A stretch of DNA of 8,710 nucleotides, taken from the NCBI GenBank assembly GCA_037444445.1, contig JBBIMK010000048.1, positions 1 through 8,710 of the forward strand, given 5' to 3'. A program made the translations under genes and the position numbers. Below are positions 1 through 6,280 of the stretch, one piece after another (the first letter of the stretch is position 1; each line of letters starts with the position of its first letter). Under the pieces are notes generated by a model. The model was not told the origin of the DNA, ran no database searches, and worked only from the letters and a program-made list of their open reading frames with translations. The DNA comes from a bacterium. GTDB lineage: Bacteria > UBP7 > UBA6624 > JBBIMK01.

Positions 1-47
1 AGGAGAGAAGTGATCTCACCTATACCGGATTCATTGAGATTTGTAAT

Positions 48-266
48 CTATCCTTCCGGGTATCGGGTGGGGGTTAAGGAGCCGAGGGCTTCTTTGAGCA
101 GGCGAACGGCACCCGCGGGGTGAGGCGAAGCCAGCACGCCAGAAATCACCGCCACCGCATCCACACCCGTCTCCCATACGATTTTCACATTCCTCGGCGT
201 GATGCCGCCAATGGCCACCACCGGGATTTTCAACACCCGCTTCGCCGACCGGGTCATATTTTGCAA
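48..266 (-). pseudogene. Orphan 3'-terminal fragment of a thiamine-phosphate synthase gene (about the last 60 codons only)
   Basis: The translation ...KIPVVAIGGITPRNVKIVWETGVDAVAVISGVLASPHPAGAVRLLKEALGSLTPTR is identical to the C-terminus of the full-length thiE ORF at 1269..1916. No N-terminal or catalytic part is present. The apparent start is a fortuitous TTG. The fragment reads 4 codons further (YPEG) because the homology ends inside the stop codon. Confidence 0.85.
61..252. repeat. Direct repeat copy A (partner at 1270..1461)
   Basis: Base-by-base comparison shows 61..237 identical to 1270..1446 (177 bp, offset 1209). The next 15 bp match at 12/15 (mismatches at 238, 240, 246). Beyond that the sequences are unrelated. 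The left flanks (1..60 vs 1210..1269) are also unrelated. Confidence 0.95.
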
Positions 267-293
267 GTAGCCAGCGAGGAGTTATCCAGAATT

Positions 294-309
294 GAGCGAC
301 GGTTCGCTC
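294..309 (-). terminator. Weak hairpin downstream of the small ORF (possible cassette terminator)
   Basis: GAGCGA-cggt-TCGCTC forms a 6-bp stem with a 4-nt loop. On the minus strand it is followed by AATTCT, which is not a real U-tract. A T6 run lies about 20 nt upstream of the hairpin on the minus strand (plus-strand aaaaaa at 330-335). It is not a canonical intrinsic terminator. Confidence 0.2.
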
Positions 310-374
310 CAGGTATTTGAAAAAAGATTCGCTGGGCAGGTGAGAATATGGATTTCATCTCCCATTACCATTTG

Positions 375-605
375 TCAGTTTTCAGCGTGTTTGCGAAGAT
401 TTTCCCGTAGTCGCCGAATCATCTTATCCCGGATTGGCTTAAATACCTCGCCTAATTCTGCCAGTTCGCCAACAATCTTCATTTTCTTGGCGACTGGAAG
501 CCGTGCCATCCGAATTCGCCATCGCCTTTTCTGTTCAAAAATTTCCTGGAGAAGGTCTCCCTTAGAAATCGGGGAATTCCGCTTTGAATTTTTTCCAGAG
601 TCCAT
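375..605 (-). CDS. Small (76 aa), very basic, predicted-helical protein of unknown function; second gene of the insert
   Basis: The ATG at 605 is preceded on the minus strand by AAGGAGGTG, a near-perfect SD about 10-12 nt upstream. That SD lies inside the 3' end of the upstream gene. The ORF overlaps the upstream gene by 44 nt in another frame. It is K/R-rich and its C-terminus is RRLRENLRKHAEN. I recognise no family by eye. Confidence 0.55.
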   Translation of the reverse strand: MDSGKNSKRNSPISKGDLLQEIFEQKRRWRIRMARLPVAKKMKIVGELAELGEVFKPIRDKMIRRLRENLRKHAEN

Positions 606-1089
606 GCCGCACCAACACCTCCTTCAATCTCTTGACCTGGATAGGAATCTGTTGGTTAAAGAACTTCTCTATGCGAGCCCAGTCCATACGCCTGCCGCAT
701 TCTACGGACATGGCTATCAAATACTCCGGGGAAATAACCCTGCATGGAACATCGTTATATTTATCCTCCAGAGCATTTTCTATGGCTTCCTCTACCAGTT
801 CGGTGCCGGCGGGAATGAAATCTACCAAAACATCTTCCATCAGCGCCCTCCAGCCCTGCATTTTATAGCCCCGAAGCCGGAGATACCGATAAACTGGTGC
901 CGGGTCTATCAACCCGTCGGGACCCTGTTTATAATGTGTGAAGATGTCCACATCTTTTGTGTAAAACGGTTCGATGTAAAACATGGCCCCGATAGAGCCC
1001 CCGATGGCATATTCTCCAATAATTCCCTCTCTTTTCATATCGTTAATGACCGAGAGAATTAGCCCCAGTTTTTCAAAAATATTCTTCAT
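562..1089 (-). CDS. Minimal nucleotidyltransferase-fold protein (Pol-beta-like NTase superfamily; DUF6036/AbiEii-like by eye), 175 aa
   Basis: Residues 30-48, IGGS-x13-DVD (AIGGSIGAMFYIEPFYTKDVDIF), fit the G[GS]-x9-13-D-x-[DE] NTase signature. A later VLVDFIP strand could supply the third carboxylate. The motif RVISPEYLIAMSVECGRRMDWARIE resembles the LIAMKL.AGR.KD..DI motif common in small stand-alone NTases. Family assignment is from memory and not searched. Confidence 0.7.
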   Translation of the reverse strand: MKNIFEKLGLILSVINDMKREGIIGEYAIGGSIGAMFYIEPFYTKDVDIFTHYKQGPDGLIDPAPVYRYLRLRGYKMQGWRALMEDVLVDFIPAGTELVEEAIENALEDKYNDVPCRVISPEYLIAMSVECGRRMDWARIEKFFNQQIPIQVKRLKEVLVRHGLWKKFKAEFPDF

Positions 1090-1143
1090 CCTTCAAGAGA
1101 AAAATCCGACAGCCATCCCGAGTTTGTAATTGTGTTCATCCTA

Positions 1144-1173
1144 TTTATACCACAAAATGGTCAAAAATGCAAA
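1144..1173 (-). promoter_or_regulatory. Candidate sigma70-type promoter of the insert (extended -10)
   Basis: The minus strand reads TTTGCA-N18-TATAAA, with TGG immediately 5' of the hexamer (TGnTATAAA). It lies about 55 nt upstream of the NTase ATG at 1089. Confidence 0.3.
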
Positions 1174-1268
1174 AGATGTTTTGCGGAGCCTCTGGTGTTT
1201 AGCGTCAACTTTTTTCTCCGAGTTTTCCAGGGCTTTTTGAGCGGCTCAAGGATTTCCTCAGGATAGTG

Positions 1269-1916
1269 TTATCGGGTGGGGGTTAAGGAGCCGAGGGCTT
1301 CTTTGAGCAGGCGAACGGCACCCGCGGGGTGAGGCGAAGCCAGCACGCCAGAAATCACCGCCACCGCATCCACACCCGTCTCCCATACGATTTTCACATT
1401 CCTCGGCGTGATGCCGCCAATGGCCACCACCGGGATTTTCAACACCTGTTTCGCAGACCGGAGGATGGAGAGGGAAATGACCGGCGCTTTCGGCTTGGTG
1501 GGGCTTTTGAAGCAGGCACCGAAAGCCACATAGTCGGCCCCTGCTTCCTCCATTTTTTTCGCCAGTTCTAAATTGCCGTGGCTGGAAACCCCGATGATGG
1601 CTTTATCCCCTAAGGCTTTTCGCAAAATCTCTATGGATGCATCCTCACTGCCCACATGAACGCCGTCGGCGCCTACTTCTTCCGCCAGCGTGGCATAGTT
1701 ATTGATGATGAAAGGAATTCCGTAATGGAGAGTCATCTCCCGCAATCGGCGAGCGACACGAACCCGCTCTTCATACCGCTCTGTCTCATCCCGATATTGA
1801 AAAACATCTACACCCGCCTTGAAGCACTCCTCCAGAATGCTAAAAAAGTGGGCTTTCCCGATATACCGCGCATCCGATACCAGATATAACCCTTTGATAG
1901 GAACCTTTCCTTCCAT
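1269..1916 (-). CDS. thiE: Thiamine-phosphate synthase (215 aa)
   Basis: Motifs typical of the ThiE TIM barrel are visible by eye: GLYLVSD, VFQYRDE, FIINN, GADGVHVGSED, IIGVSSH, GADYVAFGACFKSPTKP, PVVAIGGI, GVDAVAVISGV. I place the start at ATG 1916 (MEGKVPIKGLY...), with GGTGAG 4 nt upstream. The ORF-track extension to 2105 adds 63 codons that overlap the MFS gene's 3' end and is probably not translated. Confidence 0.9.
   Translation of the reverse strand: MEGKVPIKGLYLVSDARYIGKAHFFSILEECFKAGVDVFQYRDETERYEERVRVARRLREMTLHYGIPFIINNYATLAEEVGADGVHVGSEDASIEILRKALGDKAIIGVSSHGNLELAKKMEEAGADYVAFGACFKSPTKPKAPVISLSILRSAKQVLKIPVVAIGGITPRNVKIVWETGVDAVAVISGVLASPHPAGAVRLLKEALGSLTPTR
1270..1461. repeat. 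Direct repeat copy B (partner at 61..252), forming the 3' end of the intact thiE
   Basis: See copy A. The repeat edge at 1270 falls inside the thiE TAA stop (1269-1271). The last base of the stop codon is supplied by insert sequence. Confidence 0.95.
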
Positions 1917-1996
1917 CCCGCTCACCAACCCTATAGTATACAGAATATAGAAGACAGAATACAGGGGAAGGCAAAAGGGAATCCACTCACCATTTT

Positions 1997-3196
1997 CTAT
2001 TGGCCATCGGATGGACGCTCCGGCACCTTCAGAGGTAAAAGGGTGAGGAAAGCGAGAACCCCAAACAGAAACGTTAGGAGGAAGGGAGCCTGGCTTCCGA
2101 GCCACATTTTGAAGACCGTTCCTATCGCAGGACCCAGGAAGGATAGAAGCCCTGTGAGAGTGAGAAAGATGCCCACCACTCGTCCACGATGCGACCTCAT
2201 TGTCAGGTCGGAAAGTAGCACTCCGTGCATGCTCCAGATGAAAAGATTGAAAATGAAGGAAGCGATAAATAAGGCAGTGGCAACAAGGCTATCACCCGCA
2301 AAAGCCCAGAACCCTAAAAGGGCTGGATAAATCACCAGAGAAAGTTGCAGGAGTGAGCGGGCTTTCCATCTCTGTATCCACGGAAGGGCCAGAAGATTCA
2401 CCACCCCTGCAATCAGCCATCCACCAGCAAAAAACCGGTTGATTTCTCCCTCGCTCTTTGTCAGTTCATCCTTAAAGTGAAGGCTGATAAAGGGTCCATT
2501 GACGGTGAGAGAAAGCATAAAAAATATCAGGATAGAAGTCAGGAGAAATAAAAGAAGGGCTTTCTGACGGAATATGGATAGGAATACATCCCGAAAGGAT
2601 TCCGCAGGTTCACCAGAAGCTGTGTTTTCTGCCGGGGCGCCGGGAGAGGATAGCTCCACGAGAAGCCACTGACGGAAGATAGCCACAACGAGGGCTACCA
2701 CGGCAGTGATACCCATAAGCCAACGAATGCCGATTTCTTCCACAAAAACTGCACCCAGGTAAGACCCCACTCCCAGCCCCAGGGAAGCAAAGGCGTTCAG
2801 ATAGGTAAAAATCCTTTCGCGATTCTCAGAAGATTCTGCCATCAACGCCGTAAAAGCAGGACCCTGCAAAGAACCGGCAATATTTCCCCAGCAGAAGAAA
2901 AATGCTGCCATCCTCCAGTCGGGAATGAGCGCCATCAACCCGTAGATAACAGGATAAGCAAAAGTGGGAAGGACAATCATCCTCGCTCGCCCGAAGGTGT
3001 CTGTGAGAATTCCCCCGAGAAAACTGGTAACATAGAAAGCGAGGAAGAAAAAGGAGTAAGCCACGCCCACTTCATAATCGCTTGCTCCCAGTTCCTTCAG
3101 ATAAATAGGGAATACATTGAGCCAGGTAAAAGTTGCCACCAGCAAGAAAAATAAAGTAGCCGAAAGGACAAGTATATTCCGATGAACTTGCACCAT
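1997..3196 (-). CDS. Major facilitator superfamily transporter (399 aa), substrate unknown
   Basis: About 12 hydrophobic segments are visible. An MFS motif-A-like GGILTDTFGRARM follows the second segment. I place the start at ATG 3196 (MVQVHRNILVL...). The 20 extra codons in the ORF track run through the promoter-like region. Confidence 0.85.
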   Translation of the reverse strand: MVQVHRNILVLSATLFFLLVATFTWLNVFPIYLKELGASDYEVGVAYSFFFLAFYVTSFLGGILTDTFGRARMIVLPTFAYPVIYGLMALIPDWRMAAFFFCWGNIAGSLQGPAFTALMAESSENRERIFTYLNAFASLGLGVGSYLGAVFVEEIGIRWLMGITAVVALVVAIFRQWLLVELSSPGAPAENTASGEPAESFRDVFLSIFRQKALLLFLLTSILIFFMLSLTVNGPFISLHFKDELTKSEGEINRFFAGGWLIAGVVNLLALPWIQRWKARSLLQLSLVIYPALLGFWAFAGDSLVATALFIASFIFNLFIWSMHGVLLSDLTMRSHRGRVVGIFLTLTGLLSFLGPAIGTVFKMWLGSQAPFLLTFLFGVLAFLTLLPLKVPERPSDGQ

Positions 3197-3203
3197 TCTT
3201 TTA

Positions 3204-3209
3204 ATTATA
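3204..3209 (-). promoter_or_regulatory. Perfect TATAAT -10 box exactly 7 nt upstream of the MFS ATG (leaderless-mRNA candidate)
   Basis: The minus strand reads CTGTATAAT-TAAAAGA-ATG. There is no SD between the box and the ATG, and I found no convincing -35. Confidence 0.35.
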
Positions 3210-3341
3210 CAGAAAATCCACCCGTGGAGAATAGACAATTCCCCTGTGATTTCCAACGGCGTAGTTTTTGCCGCACTCGGAAGAGAAGCCTGTTCATTTG
3301 CTGTAAAATGGGTAAGGGATGAGGGAGGAGAAAAGGACTCA

Positions 3342-4175
3342 ATGGTAAAGAGAAAGCGATTGACTCGCAGGGAGTTTTTGGTAGGGGTTGGGCTTGCCGC
3401 AGGAGCGGTTTATTCTACTGCGATAGAGCCTTATCTGCCTCGGTTGGAACGCATTCGTGTTTCCATCCCTAACCTGCCACAGGAGTTTCATGGGTTTCAG
3501 ATTCTCCAGTTTACGGATATTCACCGGGGACCTTATGTAAGTGAGGAAAAAATCATTCACGGGTTTGAGTTGGTCAAGGGTGAGAACCCTGCTCTTTTGG
3601 TGTTAACAGGTGATTATGTCACTTTCTATGCAAAAAATGCCGATTTCGTAGCAAAGGAAATCCGTCAGCGTTTCCATCCGCCCTTTGGGATTTTTGCCGT
3701 CTACGGGAATCACGAATACTGGAGCGATGTGAAGACTGTGACGACGGCTTTTCAGAAATATGACCTTCCAATTCTGGTGAATGAGCATCGTAGAATACAA
3801 AAGGATGGGGCGGAGATATATCTGCTGGGTGTAGATGATGTGTGGGAAGGAAAGCCTTCTGTGGAAAAAGCCTGTGAGGGTGTTCCATCGGATGCCGTGA
3901 AAATCCTCTTATGCCACGAGCCCGATTATGCGGATATTGCCAGAGAATATAGCATCGTCCTTCAACTCTCCGGGCATTCACACGGCGGGCAAATCCGAGT
4001 TCCCTTCACAAAAATTGCTTACTATCCATATCTGGCTCGGAAATATCCGGTTGGCTTGCAGAGAGTGGAGAATAGCCAGATGTGGGTTTATACCTCCCGT
4101 GGGATGGGGAACGGGTTGCCTGTTCGTTTCGCCTGCCCTCCTGAAATTACTGTGATTACTCTGAGTTCAGTTTAG
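3342..4175 (+). CDS. Tat-signal metallophosphoesterase, calcineurin-like (YkuE/YaeI-like), 277 aa
   Basis: All metallophosphoesterase motifs are present: FTDIHRG (DxH), LTGDYV (GD), YGNHEY (GNHE), LLCHEPD (H) and GHSHGGQ (GHxH). The N-terminus MVKRKRLTRREFLVGVGLAAGAV carries a twin-arginine motif. A GGGAGGAG SD lies about 13 nt upstream of ATG 3342, and a TAAAAT -10-like hexamer is at 3304-3309. Confidence 0.85.
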   Translation: MVKRKRLTRREFLVGVGLAAGAVYSTAIEPYLPRLERIRVSIPNLPQEFHGFQILQFTDIHRGPYVSEEKIIHGFELVKGENPALLVLTGDYVTFYAKNADFVAKEIRQRFHPPFGIFAVYGNHEYWSDVKTVTTAFQKYDLPILVNEHRRIQKDGAEIYLLGVDDVWEGKPSVEKACEGVPSDAVKILLCHEPDYADIAREYSIVLQLSGHSHGGQIRVPFTKIAYYPYLARKYPVGLQRVENSQMWVYTSRGMGNGLPVRFACPPEITVITLSSV

Positions 4176-5321
4176 AAGCCTTTCGGCGAGGAAGGCACCT
4201 TCCACCATACGACAGAGTTTTTCATAAGCCACCTCCCAGGTTCGTGTGCGTAATCCACAATCGGTGCACACGAGAATCTTTTCCGGGTCGCCGAGGATAG
4301 AAACGGCATACAAAATCCGATCCCGCACTAACTCTGCAGGCTCTAAAAAATCGGTGTGTATATCAATCACTCCCAGCCCGATTCTGGCTTTCACCTGATG
4401 CTCCCGGAAAAGTTTTAGAATCGTATATCCGGGGCGCTGGGCTTCCTTCGTCCCGTGCTCTATGCTGTCGTAATTAGCAAAGCCTATGGCATAAGCGTAG
4501 GGGCCTCCGTTTTCCACCTGCCCGATGTGGGGGAAAAGAAGCCGATAATCGCTGAAGCAGATGTGGACGGTGAATCGGGTATGATGGTTCAGCCCAACCG
4601 TGGATTGATGGAATGCCTCCAGAAACCAGGGAACTTCCTCAGGACGGGTAGTGACTGCTGGCTCGTCTATTTGTATCCATTTTGCTCCTGCCTCTACCAG
4701 CGCCTTCAGGTTCGGGCGAATGACCTCTCTCGCCATGGCGGTTAAAAAAAGCCTCCTGGCTTCCTTTTGCCCCTGTACATCCCAGGGCAAAACCTCTCTG
4801 GAAAAATACTCATCATAAGACCAGTCCACGAGAGTATAGGCACCAGTGATAGGAATTTTCACCGGCTTACTTGCCCACTGAATGATTTCCAGAAACTCTT
4901 TCAGATGATAAGGCCGGGTAAGCTCAGGATAGCTCCGACAAACTCCTTTTCGGTAGTATTTATGCTCAAAGGAACGCACATACCCGGTGAGTTCCATGCC
5001 CTGGATGTGACGAATGGGATATTCATACATTTCCGTGCGGAACTGCTCACCATCATAAACCAGGTCCAGCCCGGCCTTTTCCAGGAGCCGAACAGCAAAT
5101 CTGGATGACCAGCGAATCACTTCTTGCTTCTGTTCCGCATTCAGCGGTGATTTTTGAGCGGTTTTCAGGAGGTCCAGTAAAGGTTCTGCTGAGAGGCTCA
5201 ATTGATTTGCCCAGTGGAGAGCATCCTCGTAGTCTTGAGGAGAAAGCAGGCGGCCCGCTACCACTTTTACCCGCCAGTTGGGCTTTGCTAAAGAGCCGAT
5301 TTCATGCTTCAGAAATTTCAA
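4167..5321 (-). CDS. metE: Cobalamin-independent methionine synthase, catalytic (C-terminal-barrel-like, zinc-binding) subunit, 384 aa
   Basis: MetE C-domain motifs are visible by eye: DGEQFRTEMYEY (cf. GE.ER.DMVEYF), IQIDEPAV, VHICFSDY (HxC zinc ligands), GLGVIDIHTD (cf. GPGVYDIHSP) and CTDCGLRTR (cf. NPDCGLKTR). The start is TTG at 5321 and overlaps the upstream stop as TTGA. Confidence 0.85.
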   Translation of the reverse strand: MKFLKHEIGSLAKPNWRVKVVAGRLLSPQDYEDALHWANQLSLSAEPLLDLLKTAQKSPLNAEQKQEVIRWSSRFAVRLLEKAGLDLVYDGEQFRTEMYEYPIRHIQGMELTGYVRSFEHKYYRKGVCRSYPELTRPYHLKEFLEIIQWASKPVKIPITGAYTLVDWSYDEYFSREVLPWDVQGQKEARRLFLTAMAREVIRPNLKALVEAGAKWIQIDEPAVTTRPEEVPWFLEAFHQSTVGLNHHTRFTVHICFSDYRLLFPHIGQVENGGPYAYAIGFANYDSIEHGTKEAQRPGYTILKLFREHQVKARIGLGVIDIHTDFLEPAELVRDRILYAVSILGDPEKILVCTDCGLRTRTWEVAYEKLCRMVEGAFLAERLLN

Positions 5322-6280
5322 AACTTCTCTTTCACCTCTTTCAAAATTTGAACCTTTTTTAAGAAAACATCGTGAGGAAGAAACTGCGGGTCACCATTCA
5401 CCGAAAGGGTCAATTCTGTTGGCTTCCAGTGGCTGATTAGTTTCGTTAGATAACCCGTGAGCCAGTCCAATCTTTCCACCCGTGTGGAGTGAACATCCAG
5501 AATGCCCAGAAGCAGACGCATCTTTCCATTGTAAGGAATGCAGGATATTTCATCGGATGTCTGGTGGCAGGCATCCAGCCCCAGACCAAAGACTGGAAAT
5601 TCCAGGAGCCGGGGAAGCCAGGAGAGAATGGGGGTGAAGTAAGTGTGGAGGATGATGGGCAGAGATGTGGTTTGAGCCATCTCCTGGAAGCCCTTCTGTA
5701 AAGATTTCAAGAGGATAGAATTCGCTGCCACATTGCCTAAAAATGGCTCCTGAAATTGAATCAGCACGCAATTCTGTAATGAAGTGAGAGCCTGTAAAAT
5801 TTCACCCAGTAGATAGGAGCATTCAGAAATGAGAAAATCTAAAGGATGGTGAGATTCATCTTGAATGGAGGAAGCAAAGTAAAAAGGAGAAGGGAAAATC
5901 ACTTTGTAAGGCTCGGTAACAGGAACCTCCACATAGGAGCGAATCCATTGATTCAGGGAATTCCGTTTCAGGGCGAGGGAGCCCGTGCGAACAGGAGCCC
6001 GGTAAAAGGTATTGGTTCGGGGAAACCGAACGAGGGGTCCTGCCGTGAGATTTGCCACGATTTCCGTGAATGGACGAAAATAATCCAGCCAGTTTAACAT
6101 CGGTGAAGTCAGAGGGCTGAAATGTAATTCTTTTTGCAGGGCAAGATAAGATTGGAAGAGTTCGGCTTCTGCCTGTAAAGGGACCGAAATGGCACAGCGC
6201 CCCCGTTCATATTCCTGCCAGGCTTTTGCCAGGACAGTTGAGTGAGGAAAAATCCCGTGGAGGCTGATGGATAGGTTCAT
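5318..6280 (-). CDS. MetE N-terminal-barrel-like protein (non-catalytic paralogue lacking the HxC...C zinc ligands), 320 aa
   Basis: I aligned it by eye to the E. coli MetE N-domain recalled from memory: GIFPHS/GFPRVG, RTNTFYRAPV/NTNYHYMVPE, IQFQEPFL/VQIDEPAL, ILHTYFTPI/LLTTYFEGV, GILDVHSTRVERL/GLINGRNVWRADL. There is no Cys at the position of the catalytic CGL motif (SVNGDPQF). It has an ATGA overlap with the upstream gene and a TTGA overlap with the downstream gene. Confidence 0.6.
   Translation of the reverse strand: MNLSISLHGIFPHSTVLAKAWQEYERGRCAISVPLQAEAELFQSYLALQKELHFSPLTSPMLNWLDYFRPFTEIVANLTAGPLVRFPRTNTFYRAPVRTGSLALKRNSLNQWIRSYVEVPVTEPYKVIFPSPFYFASSIQDESHHPLDFLISECSYLLGEILQALTSLQNCVLIQFQEPFLGNVAANSILLKSLQKGFQEMAQTTSLPIILHTYFTPILSWLPRLLEFPVFGLGLDACHQTSDEISCIPYNGKMRLLLGILDVHSTRVERLDWLTGYLTKLISHWKPTELTLSVNGDPQFLPHDVFLKKVQILKEVKEKF

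Larger units (their letters stand above)
253..1269. mobile_element. About 1-kb insert between the two thiE 3'-end repeats, carrying two genes. Putative integrated cassette or small-replicon remnant with no recombinase gene.
   Basis: It is bounded by the 1209-bp-period direct repeat. Hand GC counts are 43% (301-400), 43% (701-800) and 39% (1101-1200), against 61% (1301-1400), 55% (1601-1700) and 52% (4201-4300) outside. It has its own promoter-like signal at 1144..1173. Confidence 0.5.

Noticed and set aside
120-320. Plus-strand ORFs MRRSQHARNHRHRIH... present twice (120..320 and 1329..1571)
   Set aside because: They are antisense shadows of the duplicated thiE 3' end. Their duplication follows from the DNA repeat, and their R/H-rich composition is not protein-like.
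375-420. An Rx4-6H match (RENLRKH) suggesting the 76-aa ORF is a HEPN toxin
   Set aside because: The motif is short and common in basic helices. At 76 aa the protein is well below the size of known HEPN domains. I keep this only as a note inside the TA finding and do not make it a call.
292-1062. Long plus-strand ORF (256 aa) spanning the insert
   Set aside because: It runs antisense to both better-supported minus-strand genes. It is low-complexity (S/R/I/F-rich) with no recognisable motifs and no SD. It is a typical shadow ORF.
1201-1215. Integron attC-like core sites (GTTTAGC / GTCAAC) at the right end of the insert
   Set aside because: Neither sequence fits the R'/R'' consensus (GTTRRRY / RYYYAAC). 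There is no extended imperfect palindrome, and the cassette has its own promoter.
1917-1996. Possible TPP (THI-box) riboswitch upstream of thiE
   Set aside because: I found no CUGAGA or ACCUGA...GGAUAAU-like conserved core on the minus strand. The gap is only 80 nt and AT-rich, with a TATACT -10-like hexamer. A covariance-model scan would be needed to exclude a riboswitch formally.
1917-2105. 63-codon N-terminal extension of the thiE ORF
   Set aside because: It overlaps the 3' end of the MFS gene and looks like out-of-frame MFS sequence. ThiE homology begins at MEGKVPIKGLYLVSD, and ATG 1916 has an SD-like GGTGAG.
1997-3196. The idea that the MFS transporter is a thiamine or precursor transporter because it sits upstream of thiE
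   Set aside because: The only evidence is adjacency, with an 80-nt gap containing promoter-like sequence. There is no riboswitch and no diagnostic motif. I leave the substrate unknown.
3619-3981. Antisense ORFs inside the phosphoesterase, metE-like and porin genes (e.g. 3619..3981, 4767..5108, 7554..8021)
   Set aside because: All lie opposite or out of frame to genes with clear family motifs. Their composition is biased (R/S/P/H-rich), and they lack SDs and motifs.
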